Positions 23,270 through 34,764 of a stretch of 64,000 bases of DNA are shown piece by piece. The translations under genes were made by a program, and so were the position numbers. Under the pieces are notes generated by a model that saw nothing but the letters and a program-made list of their open reading frames with translations, was not told the origin of the DNA and searched no databases. The DNA is from Guillardia theta CCMP2712 (lineage: Eukaryota > Protista > Cryptophyta). Positions within the stretch are counted from its first letter, which is position 1. The number at the start of each line of letters is the position of its first letter. The stretch is from assembly GCF_000315625.1 (NCBI RefSeq), contig NW_005434665.1, positions 305,198 through 369,197 on the forward strand, read 5' to 3'.

Positions 23270-24800
23270 GAGAACCAGAGGAGTCGTAGAACATCCAGGA
23301 ATGAAGAGAGAGTTAAGTACGCGACTGCTGATTTAGAGTCACTCCTGCAGGTCCAACGCCTTGCGGTCGAACGTCTGATGGCTGATGCTCTTTCCGACAA
23401 ATCTCGCCATTTTGCTCGCTGACTAGGTTGATACGCCCATGGCAGACGTCGTCGAGGACGACAAGGATGGTAGCTCTATGATACTCATTTCGCTCCTTTC
23501 ATGTAGCTCGTCCGCAGACTCCTCCTCCTCGTCCTCCTCCGACTGCTGGGAATGCACAACATGCCTTAAGAGCATTCCTGGAATCATCTGGCAGGTAGCC
23601 TGAACCTCCTTGCGCGGAACTTTCGATCGACATGTTTTTCTGTTTCCCAGTGCCGTAGCGGCCACCTGCTTTGCGGCGACTGCCATGTTCTTGCCAAGAA
23701 CCACTGCCCCACATGCTCAGTAGAGCTGGAGGGCATCAGAAATCGCGCTGTCGAGCGAATACGAGAGCGAAGGATACTGAAGAAGGAGCGGAAGGTGAAG
23801 TTCTGGGTTGCGCTACCTCCCTCATTGTGCGTTAGAAAGGGAAGCCTGCGGCTGAAAGCGAGCAGAGCAAGAAGCAGCGGGTCCACAATAAGGGCGGAAG
23901 ATCGCAGTATGCTACATCTGTGCTCTTTGAACTTGTCTTGAGCGCTGTCAGCCACAGGAACGAGCAGGCGAGCGCTGAGAGCGCAAGGCCGCCCAACCCG
24001 ATCCCCGAGGTTCTCCTGCTGATGTCTATTTGCAAACTTGTGGTGAAGAACTTTTGTAGATTGTTCGGAAAAATTCGCTGGTTGTCATCAGCGCGTGTGT
24101 GGCATTGGTAGCTGTCTTGCTGTTCCCGGTATCTGGTGTTGTTGGTATCTTGCAATGCAGCTGACACAGTACCAGTACGCAAGAACGGGGCTCGGGACTC
24201 TCAGGGAGGGAGCAAAATCTTCGTGGACGAGCTTGTTTGCAGGAATATCCTCCTAGAGACGAGCTCCCGCAGCTGACAACCTTGATACAGGGCCATCAAG
24301 AGCTGCAGAGGGTGCGGTGTTGATCAATCATACCAATGGGACCAACACCACAAAGAACATCAGCGACGGTGAGAGAGGAGATGAGAATTCTACAGCCAGC
24401 AGCAACACGAGCATCGACTCGTCTCCCACAAACAGCACGCAGAGTCACCAAGAAGGGTGTGTCTTATCTTGTCTCTGATTTCAATGACAAACATTCAACT
24501 TCCCCCTCAGTTCCAACCAGACTCTGCTATCTAAACCTATCCCTCGCTGGGCCGAACTTCCTGTCCCACGTCCCTTGCGATTGTGCTCTTTCAAGAGGGA
24601 TGAAGTGGTGAGCTGAACCCTCGAGATTTTGACGCTGCCAGCTCATCCTGTGCCTCTTGCGCCTTGGCTGACTTTCCCTTAAGGTTGACCTTGACTGGAC
24701 TTGGGTTGTCATGGCAGACGCCATGGGTTGGGCCCACCAGGTGAAGAGTTTTGGCACTCGGCCGTGACTGAGATGAATCCGGCAGGGCCCCCTCATGAAT
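23270..24800 (-). CDS. Hypothetical multi-exon protein
   Basis: Successive minus-strand protein-like segments (24527..24796, 23832..24182, 23423..23704); no family recognised. Confidence 0.3.
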
Positions 24801-24869
24801 GTCGATCGTCCTTCGAGTGATTATGGGGTGTGGGTTTGCATCTGCCCTGAAGCGATGTGAGCGAGGGGA

Positions 24870-26450
24870 TGGAAATGGTTCTCAGTGTGCTAACTCGTTT
24901 GTTCTCCTCTCCCCCTTACGTCAGAGTCCGTCAACCCTGCGTCAAGTATATTAGTTCAGGAGATCCGGATTATGCCTGCATGAGGGTAAGGAGCCGTGAT
25001 GTTTCGCGGCTGCCAGCGATAATTCGTTTGACAGTACCACGAAACGAAGAAAATCTTTCAATTCTGGCGATGGAATTTCGCGCCAGACGTGAGAAATTTC
25101 AGCTCTCTGATCCTTGTTTCTTCCCTCGTTCGCCCTTCCTTCATTTTGCTCGGAATTTCCCATATTTCCATCCATGTCCTCTATGATGTGCCCCTTTCGT
25201 GTGATCCTGGACTTTCTCTCTTCGGGTAAGATGGATTTACATGGTGGCTAATGGAAGTTTTTGCAGCAAACGAGTTACATTCCCGTCCGATCAGAAGGTA
25301 GGACTTTGCACTCGAGGATGTGGTACTGACGTGAAGGGACTCCCAGTCGCTGCTGTGTCTCGGCCGTACTACTGCTCCCATGAGCCAGGTCTGAGACAAG
25401 GGGAGAATGAAAGGAGGGGGGGCGCATGAGAGGAGAGAAAGGAGGAGATAGAGGAAGAGAGAGGAAGAGGGAGGAATGAGCAGGGGAGAGTTGATACTCA
25501 ACTGGAAAATGTGCAGGCGACTGGATCCCCGTAGATTGGATTCAGATGGAACACCTCATTTCCACTCAGGTTACCTTTTAAATCCTCCCCCCCCCCCCGG
25601 CCACTTCTCCTCTCTCCTTCCTTTTCGTCTTCCTTCTCTCCGTCCTATCCTTCCGACTCCTCGCCATGCTCTCCTGCTTCTCATTTGTCCCCTTCCACCA
25701 CCACCACCAGCTCCTCCTCCTCCTCCTCCTCCTCCTCCTCCTCTTCCTCATCCACCTCCGCCTGACCTTCCTCCCCAGAGGGCTTTCAACGGTTCGCTAT
25801 CTCCAGAGGAGCAAACTTCGGTACTTTCCCCCTTCAGCCTGCTGTCCTCTCAGCTTGTTTTCAGTCCTACAGCCGCTGGGCTTGCCTTGGACCCCATATG
25901 GTCGCCGTACTCCACAACAGAATCTCCGTCCCTAAGACTCCCGGTCAGCTCAGACCTTGTCTCACGGCTTGTGACGCGGCTGGCAGGGCTTCGGAAGGCT
26001 CCGATCTCCGAGAAGGTGATAGAGGAGGCTGTCTCTGCTAAGACGCTGATAGTCATGATGGAAGATGCGGCCTTGTGTCCAGTGGTCCTCCGATCTAAGT
26101 ATGGACTCACTTCCCCCGCCTCTTCTCTGACTCCCCGCAGCCATCGATCACTTTATCTACGACCTGCTCTGCATGAAGTACCACGAACAGAACGACGAGT
26201 TTCATTTCTGGTCGCATTCTCCCTCCCTCCCTCCCTCCCTCCCTCCCTCCCTCTCTTTCTCTCCCTCCCTCTCTTTCTCTCCCTCCCTCTCTCACACTCA
26301 ATCTCGTTCTTCTCCTCCTTCCTCCCCCCCCCTCCCCTCCCTCTCAACATCTCACGAGAAACTTGTCAGGACGTGGAATTCGATGAGGAAGGACGCAGGG
26401 AAGGTGGGATACAGGTGAATTTGCTGATTTGCCCTGACGCCATGTGACCT
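24870..26450 (+). CDS. Hypothetical multi-exon protein
   Basis: Complex exon-like blocks (25241-25388, 25490-25570, 25779-26198) separated by microsatellite introns; no family recognised. Confidence 0.3.
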
Positions 26451-26562
26451 CTATGGGCAACAGCAAAGCATACAAGCTGATAAGGAAGTAAAGAAATGTT
26501 GCATTACTACAAACGCTATCTACCTCAATCATTCCTGTACCATGTACCATCCTCTTCCTCCT

Positions 26563-27738
26563 CTAACTCTCGTCGAAGTCACCCTTATCGTACACAGAGT
26601 CGACCTCCACTCTGATTGCCCCGTGCTCCACCCGCACGTCCACATTGTTGTAGCACCTGGCGGGAGACTCTAGCAACTCACTGAGCTTCACCTCCACCAT
26701 GAAGGCAAGCTCGTGATGCACAAAAGTCTCCACCCCCCTGCCACCGTCGTCGAGGTAGACCTCGTTCAAGATACACTCTCTCGCAATGTGCGCTGAGACT
26801 GCTCGCCCCCACGTCAACTTTCCCTTCCACATGTCGTACTCCCGTATGAAGTTCGCTTCCAGCTTCTGCAATTCTATGTCGGCGACTCGCCGCAGCTCGT
26901 CCTCGTCCAGCGGAAGGAAGGGAACCATGTTATGCAGGATGATCCTGTGCAGCATGGGCGACGTCCCATAGGTGGACACCAGCGCTGCTTCGCGGATGAC
27001 CGACGTGGCCTCGTCTCGGCTCATAGAAGCGTTGAGCTTGCGAGCACCCAGGTCAGAAACCAGGATGAAGATGCCGGGAGGATGCAAGTCGACCTGGCCC
27101 AGCATGGAGTCCAGCTGCTGGTAGGAGATGCTCTGGATCTCATCGAGGATCACAGCTGATCGAGGGCAAGTGTGGAGCTGGCTTCGTATCCTCCCCGTGA
27201 TGTTGGCCATCGCCCCACTCATCTGCCATGGCTTCAAGCCTGACAGCGACCGCATGTTGATCTCAAGAACCCCGCAGACGCTCCCTTCCTCTCCCTTTGT
27301 CCTCCCTTCCTCTCCCTTTGTCGCTGCAAACAAACACCTTGATAGGATCCTTGCGACCAGCGACTTGCCGACCCCCGTAGGTCCAGAGAAATGGAAGAAC
27401 TGCGCAAACGTGCGGTTTCTTAACACCTCCTTCTCCACCAGAACATGCTGTATGCTGTGCGGTAGTCCAGACAAGAGACTGCTGACACTCTGGAATGAGA
27501 ACTTCGACCCCTTCCATTTCTCGTAATCTCTCATGTTGTGCGCGAAGGCCTTGCTGATCGTTCGGATGGCAACTTGCTGTCCTGCTACTTGACGCTCGAC
27601 AGCTGCTTCAAACTTCGAGAGAGGGTTCGCCTCCAGCGGGCATGCATCTTGAGTCAGCAGGAGCGAGCTGCAGGATCCCAGAACCTTGGGTAGAAGCAGC
27701 GACGGCAGGATGAGAATGCAGAACCATTTCATTCTCAT
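26563..27738 (-). CDS. Torsin-like AAA+ ATPase with signal peptide (intronless)
   Basis: Signal peptide; VAGQQVA; Walker A FHFSGPTGVGKS; CPRSAVILDE Walker B; IFILVS; VPFLPL, the typical torsin motif order. Confidence 0.8.
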   Translation of the reverse strand: MRMKWFCILILPSLLLPKVLGSCSSLLLTQDACPLEANPLSKFEAAVERQVAGQQVAIRTISKAFAHNMRDYEKWKGSKFSFQSVSSLLSGLPHSIQHVLVEKEVLRNRTFAQFFHFSGPTGVGKSLVARILSRCLFAATKGEEGRTKGEEGSVCGVLEINMRSLSGLKPWQMSGAMANITGRIRSQLHTCPRSAVILDEIQSISYQQLDSMLGQVDLHPPGIFILVSDLGARKLNASMSRDEATSVIREAALVSTYGTSPMLHRIILHNMVPFLPLDEDELRRVADIELQKLEANFIREYDMWKGKLTWGRAVSAHIARECILNEVYLDDGGRGVETFVHHELAFMVEVKLSELLESPARCYNNVDVRVEHGAIRVEVDSVYDKGDFDES

Positions 27739-27999
27739 CAGACAAAACTAGGAGCGGAGATCAAGGACTGGAGTGAACAGGAGGAGCAAGAGTGAACAGG
27801 AGGAGCAAGACAGGGGGGGAGAGGGAGAGAGAGAGAGAGAAGGAGAGAGTGAGGAGCGAGTGGGAGGGAGGGAGGGAGGGAGGGAGGGAGAGAGAGAGGG
27901 AGAGGGGGCAAGACGGGAAAGCTGTTCTTATGAAAGTTAGGAAATTGTTTCTTCACTCAAAGTTAAGTTAATTTTACTATCACGATTGCCTCTTTCAGT

Positions 28000-28370
28000 T
28001 CCGACGACTCGGACCCGCGGTGGCGCGGCGGCCGGGCCCCGGTGATCGGACCCGGTACGCCTTGGCACGGTACTAGGGCGGCGCCGGGCCGCCTCAAATT
28101 GATAGTCACCGTGCCCGGCGGGCCCCGGCCCATCATGGCCGCGCAGTACGTGACGGCCCATGCGCCGCACTGTGGCAGGACAGACAGTGCAGTGCGGCGT
28201 GACTGGTTCAATGACGCGGTTTCGAGTAAAAAGTTGCAGTGACTGCTCCTCCGTTTCATCACGTTGAATCATGTTCTGGCGGGTGCCAGTGAGTGCTCAG
28301 TGAGGCTGGGCCGGGCAGAACCGTCCGAGTCACCGGGTGACTGCCGATCGTCCGGCGGCCTCCGATCCTG
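28000..28370. promoter_or_regulatory. GC/CpG-rich island between the divergent torsin-like and BIO3-BIO1 genes
   Basis: CCGG/GGCC-rich with GAGTCA/TGACT words. Confidence 0.4.
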
Positions 28371-28605
28371 GGCAGTTTTCAGCCTCAGGCTTTTAAGTGT
28401 CCGGGCTTTCTTTTCTTTTCTTTCTGAGTCTTTTTTTTTAGGCTTTCTGGCTGTAAAAGGACTTGGTTCGGAACAAGACCTTGGACATGTTGATCAAATT
28501 TACTATAAAACGTTTAGCTGATGATTATATTCTGTACTATATGCAGGGGGTATGGGTGGTACGATATGTGGCATGAGAGATTTCGCCCTGCGGGAATCAC
28601 AATGC

Positions 28606-28705
28606 NNNNNNNNNNNNNNNNNNNNNNNNNNNNNNNNNNNNNNNNNNNNNNNNNNNNNNNNNNNNNNNNNNNNNNNNNNNNNNNNNNNNNNNNNNNNNNN
28701 NNNNN
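28606..28705. other. Assembly gap (N run)
   Basis: N characters. Confidence 0.99.
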
Positions 28706-28863
28706 GAGGATGAGGATGAGGATGAGGATGAGGATGAAGATGAGGATGAGGATGAGGATGAGGATGAGGATGAGGATGAAGATGAGGATGAGGATGAGGA
28801 TGAGGATGAGGATGAGGATGAGGATGAGGATGAAGATGAGGATGAGGATGAGGATGAGGATGA
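28706..28863 (+). repeat. (GAGGAT)n hexanucleotide microsatellite with occasional GAAGAT variants
   Basis: Read directly; continues into the gap. Confidence 0.95.
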
Positions 28864-29043
28864 GAAGTCTCCTCATGAGAGACAAGGTTGGGGTGTGTGG
28901 AGGCGATTCGGGAGAGAAGGAGACGACACAGTTGGTACGATACTGGTAGAGAGCCGGTGTGTGGAGGCCTACAGCAATGTTTCTCTACTGCGATGAGCAT
29001 CTGAAATGAAGGAGTTTGTAATATGTGCTCATGTGTGCTCAGG

Positions 29044-31518
29044 ATGCTCGGACAAGTCTCGAGAACATCATTCAAGCCAGGGCTGAAGCTTTTCATCGAT
29101 TTGCGAACCAAACAGGGTATTCGATTTCTCTCCTCGGACGGGGAGTCGCACAAGAGGCAGAGACCGCAGCCTAGGAGCTTAAACTTGTCTATCCCCTCGT
29201 ATGTCGTGTGGGGCTCCGGCACCAATGTGGGAAAGACTTTGATATCAGCAGGAATCTGCAACTTTCTTAGCAAGGATCAGGCAAGGATGGTCGGCAGACG
29301 GGTTGTGGTGATCCTTCATGACAGGAGAGGTCTGTCATGTTCATCAAGCCCGTTCAAACAGGATTCCCTGAAGACTCAGATGCAGACACTGTAGCTGCTG
29401 TTTGCGGAGGAAGGAGTGAGGTACCCCCCATCCCCCACCTCCTTGCCACCCCTGAGCTCTGGCCAAGGTGGGAGAGCATGCGTCCCAGATCTTGATCAAC
29501 GGACCTGAAGTCTCGTACTTCCCTGATCTTCTTCACCAAGATCAAGCATGCAACGTGCTGGCAAGGACCGAGTTCGCCTGGTCGCATGCTGTCGGCCCCC
29601 ACCTGGCCGTGCAGATGGAGGGGAGGGCAGTTTCCGACGAGCAGATTCTGCAGCGGCTGCAAGAGGAGCTGAGCACCTTCGGGGAGAGAGGGGGAGGCGC
29701 GAAGAAGTTTGCTATCATCGAGACAGCAGGCGCTGTGAGGAGGAGACGCTGCGAGCTCTCGGGGCAGTGACTCGGTCACAGGTCAACAGTCCTGCCCCTT
29801 CGGGCACCAGCCAAGTGGACTTGCTGCGGGACTTGCGACTTCCGGGGATCCTAATAGGAGACGGACAGATCGGAGGAATATCAAGCACAGTCTCAGGCAA
29901 GGGGATGGGGACAGGAGGAGGAGGCGAGAAGGATTGGAGGGGTAGAGAGGGAGTTGGAGAGGTTTTGGAGAAAGAGCGAAGTGCGAGGCGGGCAGGGGGG
30001 GCAAGGGGGCAGGGGAGCAGGAGGAAGTGATTGTTATGCATGTGCCTTGTAGCGATGGAGAGTCTGCTCCTGCGGGGAATAGACATCTCTTGCATCGTTA
30101 TGCTCGACATGGGGCTGAGAAACGAGGAAGCAGTCGCAAATGTAACATCCTCCTCCTCCACCACCACTACCTCCGCCTCCTCCACCACCACCACCACCAC
30201 CACCACCTCCTCCTCCTCCTCCTCCTCCTCCTCCTCCTCCACTTTCAACTCGAATACTGTCACCTGTGCTACAACCTTCCTGCTTCTCCTCTTTCAATCT
30301 CCTCCTCGTTCACCACCGGCATTGCCACTTCCGAGTTCATGCTCCCTGTGGTCCTTTCACTTCAAACTCTTACCTTCTTATTCATATTCGTGTTGCAGAT
30401 GGTGAAGAAAGGGTTTGGAGGGTATACAGGGAAAAGGTTGCGAGCTGGCTGCTGAGGAGAGAGTGTGACTGTGCTGGCTGGCAGCATTCCAGTCTTCGGC
30501 CTGCCTCCTCTCCCTCGCCGGAGATCAAACTTCTCCGCTGCTGCCCTGAGGTCATGGTTTCTGCAGTGCCAGGACAAGTTCGAAAAGGTTTGAAAGAGTG
30601 GGAGGGGAATGGAAGGCAAGGGAAGGGGAGAGAAGAAAAGGATGGGGTGAGGAGAGGAAGTGAAAGGAAAGAAGTGAGAATCGTTCTAGAAAAGTTGAGA
30701 GGAAAGAATAACGATGAGATTTGAGGCAGGAACTGTAGTAGACTGAAAGTATTGAGTAAGAGCAAACCATGATTGGGCGGGCAGAAGAGTGCATTAGGGA
30801 GAGCAAGAGGAGGAGCAAGAGGAGGAGTAAGAGGAGGAAGACGGTGACTGACTGGCTGCAGGTCACTAAGTTGATGGAGGCGGATCACAAAGAACGCCTG
30901 CAGCTTCTTGCGGTCTGCGACTCCCTTCCACTGTCCCCCTCCGCTCTCTCTCCTCCCTTTCAACTCTCTTCTCCTATCTCTCTCCCTTCCCTCTCCTCCC
31001 TCCGTCTCCTCTCACTCCTCGTCCTCTTCCTTGGATTTCTGACATGTTTTGTTTCAGTCTGCAGAGGAGCGAGCGAGAAGCTCCGTCTGGTGGCCCTTCA
31101 CTCAGCATGACCTCGTGCAGTCGGTCACACACATTGATGCTCGCGCTGGAGAGGACTGGTGGCACATGCTCCTCTTGCCCTCCTCCTCCTCATCCTCCTC
31201 CTCATCCTGCTCCTCCTCTCGTTCGACTCCTCCTCCTCCTCCTCTCTCATCCTCCTCCTCCTCCCCCTCCATGCATCCATGCTTCTTTGCTGTGCTCATG
31301 CTGTCTTACCAGGTGGGTCTACTCCAAGGGTTCGATGAGCCGGGAGGCTCCTCCCGCACTTCTCCGCTGGATGGACGGGGCAGCGTCTTGGTGGACGCAG
31401 GTGTGGCGAGTTGGGGAAGGAGTTCTAGCGAAGTGACCAACTTCAAGGGAGTGGATGCGAGACTCCACCAGTTGTTAACGAAAGCTCTCGGTGATCTTGC
31501 TCAGCCTACTTCTCCGCC

Positions 31519-31605
<87 letters not shown>

Positions 31606-34348
31606 TTTCCTTCTTCCCATCCCTTTTCCTATTCCTTCTGTCCGTCGGCTCTTTGTGATTGCCTTCATATGTTGATCTTGACTACAGCGTATGGATGTGG
31701 GAGATATGGCCATGTTCTGTTCCCAGAGAACTCGCATGAGGCAGCTTTACAGGCAAGAGAAGGAGGACGGAGGAGGCGTCAGTGATAAGAGACGGAGGAG
31801 AGGAGGGAAGGAGACTGAACTGTTCGCTGGCAGCTGACCGAGCGGATCTTGAAAGGACCAGCGAGGGGCTGGGGCTCGAGAGTGTTCTTCTCAGATGACG
31901 GGTCAACTGCTGTGGAGGTTGTGGCTGCAGGTGGTAGGAGGGCGAGGAGAGTAATTGGATTGCAGGTCGCGCTGAAGATGGCTATGAGGAAGTTCATGCG
32001 AACGCACTCGCTGCTGGAGGTCGACCTCTCCTGAGGTTGGGATGTTGCTGAGCATTTGCTGAGCAGAAGTCGCCAGAGGAGCTGTCGAAGTTGAAGGTGA
32101 GAGGAGGAGGGGGGCAGGGAGAGGGAGGAGGAGTCAGGCAGCACGATCAGTATAGACTGCAAGAGACTGAGGGACTGAGAGGAGGAGGTGGAGGTTTAGT
32201 CCCGTGACATGTCAGATCGCTGACTGTTGAGTTTGGTTCGTGCAGGTCCGCATCATGGGCCTCAAGGGGTCGTATCATGGAGACACTCTTGGAGCCATGA
32301 ACGCGCAAGCCCCGTCCGTGTTCACAGGCTTCAAGCAGGTGGTCCTCACGTTCACTCTCTTCCTCCTCCTCCTCACCCTCCACTGCCTCCACTTCCTTTT
32401 CTACTTCCTCCTCTTGCTCGTCTGCTTCGTTCTCTGTTCTTGACCTTCTTCGGCCTTTCGATCACCTGCAGATGCCCTGGTACGACCCCAAGGGTGTCTG
32501 GCTCGACATCCCAACGCTAGCCATCGTCAAGGGAGAGTGGCGCATCGACCTGTCTGCCATCCCTCAAGGTTCCACTTCGACTAACTGCTGTGAACGCCTT
32601 CCTCTCTCCCTTCCCTTCCCTTCCCTTCCCTTCTCCTCTCCTCCTCTTTCCCTTCCCTTCCCTTCCCTTCCTCTCTCCCTTCCCTTCCCTTCCCTTCCCT
32701 TCTCCTCCTCTCTCCCTTCCCTTCCCTTCCCTGAACTTCCCCCCCCCCCCGCGCTTTCTTCTATACCGTAACACCGCTGCATTTCAGTCACCGAGCAAGA
32801 TTCGAACTTGACCTTTGCAAGGTCTGTGTTCCTTAGCATTGATCAAGTCTGATGTGCGGGAGCAGCTGGGAAGCAGCTCTTGACATGCCGAAGCGTTCGG
32901 TGTCCTCCCTGGCCACGTCGTACAGGTGATCCATGTTCCTCTTCTTCATATGTGCCTCTCCCCCTCCTTCTCTTCATACGTGCCCTTTCCCATCCTCCTC
33001 TTCATATGTGCTCCTTTCTGTTCTGCTTGTTCTTGGCTCTCACTGCATCGCACAGAAAGTATATCACGTCACATTTCGACAACTTGCCCGATGAGGCGAC
33101 TAATCTCATGTGACCAGCAAGTGTTTGACGCATATCGACAGAACATCAAGATAGGAGCTCTGGTCCTCGAGATCGCCATGCATGGAGCTGGAGGGATGGA
33201 TTTCATCGACCCTCTCTTTCAGCGCATCCTCGCGGAGGAGGCGACGAAGCGCCGGTGCCTCTCTTGTCTGCGACAAGCAGCGGAGGCGTGACTAGGCTTG
33301 CAGCATCCCAGTCATAGCCGATGAGGTCTTCAGCGGCATGTGGAGGCTTGGAATGCAAACAGCCTGTAGCATGGGAGGCTTCCATCCTGATATTGCCTGC
33401 TATTCAAAGGTTATGACACTTTCCCTCTGCGCACTCCCTTGCTTCCTACCTTGATCCCTTCTTGTCGCTTTCCTTGCTGCTCCCCTCCCTGTGCCCTCCT
33501 CGGCTTTGCCTGCTCTCTTGTCCTGTCCTATGCTCTTTGCAAGACGAGTTGATGACCTCTGGTCCTGCCAGCTTCTCACAGGAGGAACGGTCCCTCTGGC
33601 GCTCACGGTAGCCTCCGAAGATGTCTTTCAGGTAGAGCGAGCCTGCCTCGCAACTCCTCCAACTTTCTTCCTGTCCCTGCCTGTTGTTGCCTCCCTTTCT
33701 CTCTGCTGTCCTCACTATCCTCGTGTCGCAGGCGTTCACAGGTAGCGAGAAGAGCGAAGCTCTGCTGCACGGCCATTCCTACACCGCCCATCCCATCGGG
33801 TCAGCACGCTAGCGTCAGTTTGCCTCGTCCTCACCTCCAGCAGCTGCTCCGTCGCCATCGCTGCCTTCGACATCTTTTCAGATCCCGAGCTCAATCCCAA
33901 CCTCTCCGCCAAGCAGGACAAGGTCTTCTCCCTCCCATCTCGCCTTCTCCTCTCATCCTTCCCAGCTGGTGGAGCTCTGGCCCATGGACAAAGTCGTCGC
34001 GCTCTCCCAGCGAGCAGTGGTCAAGAGGTAGTCTGACTCGCGGGCCTGGTCGCTCTGACTTCCTTCAGAGTCGTTCCTCTTGGCACCGTACTTGTTCTTG
34101 AGCTGCAGACTGTTGGGAGCTCCGAACAGGCGTTCGAGGGGTACGCCTCTTCCCTAGCCAAGCCCTACGTGGAGAAGCTGAGAGAGAGGTTGTGCTGGTG
34201 TAGGAGGAGGAAGAGGCTGAGAGCATGCGGCAGGGGCATCTTCTTGCGACCTCTTGGGAACGTGATGTACGTCATGGTCACGCCGACAACAAGCCCGAGC
34301 AAGTGTAGAGAGATACTAGATCTGATCGCCGACGTGATCCCAGCATAA
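29044..34348 (+). CDS. BIO3-BIO1: Bifunctional dethiobiotin synthetase / 7,8-diaminopelargonic acid aminotransferase, many exons, probable mitochondrial presequence
   Basis: VWGSGTNVGKT P-loop, FIKPVQTGFP, IETAG, GDGQIGGISST, SVWWPFTQH, DGAASWWTQ, VFFSDDGSTAVE/VALKMA, SYHGDTLGAM, GAGGMDFIDPLFQ, LLTGGTVPL, LLHGHSYTAHPIG, FLRPLGNVMY; stop 34346-34348. Confidence 0.95.
31519..31604 (+). repeat. (CTCCTG)n intronic microsatellite
   Basis: Read directly. Confidence 0.9.
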
Positions 34349-34764
34349 TGTGACTGAGGTGACGTCGCTACACGTTCCACTTGCTGGTCATGGAGAGTCA
34401 TGGCTGTGACTTGCTGGGTTCAAGCGTGTGAAACGAATCGCAGTGGAAGACAGCAGTTGTGAGTCGCAGCCAAGTTCATTACAAACATTACGGGCTGATA
34501 AAGGTCTTGTTCATAAAGGAATCAAAAGTGGCAGTGAGACCAACGACTGCTCGAGAATAGAAAGAGAAAAGACATCGAAAGAAATGATCATTTTCACAAC
34601 GCCTGCATCATTATCATCATTTTGTTTCTAATTGTACATGTTGCAAGTGCGCAAGTGAAGATTCCTCAGTCTGATCGATCTACGCCTTTGGACAAGTTCC
34701 ATTCTCGGCTGAGTATGTGTGGCACGGAAGCTTACAGGGCCTGCTTTCCTCTCTTGTTAGCAGC

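Noticed and set aside
22870-23400. ORFs spanning the first gap
   Set aside because: Open only because of Ns and low-complexity sequence
28503-28949. MRMRMR / HPHPHP / ILILIL repeat proteins
   Set aside because: Frames of a (GAGGAT)n microsatellite read through an N gap
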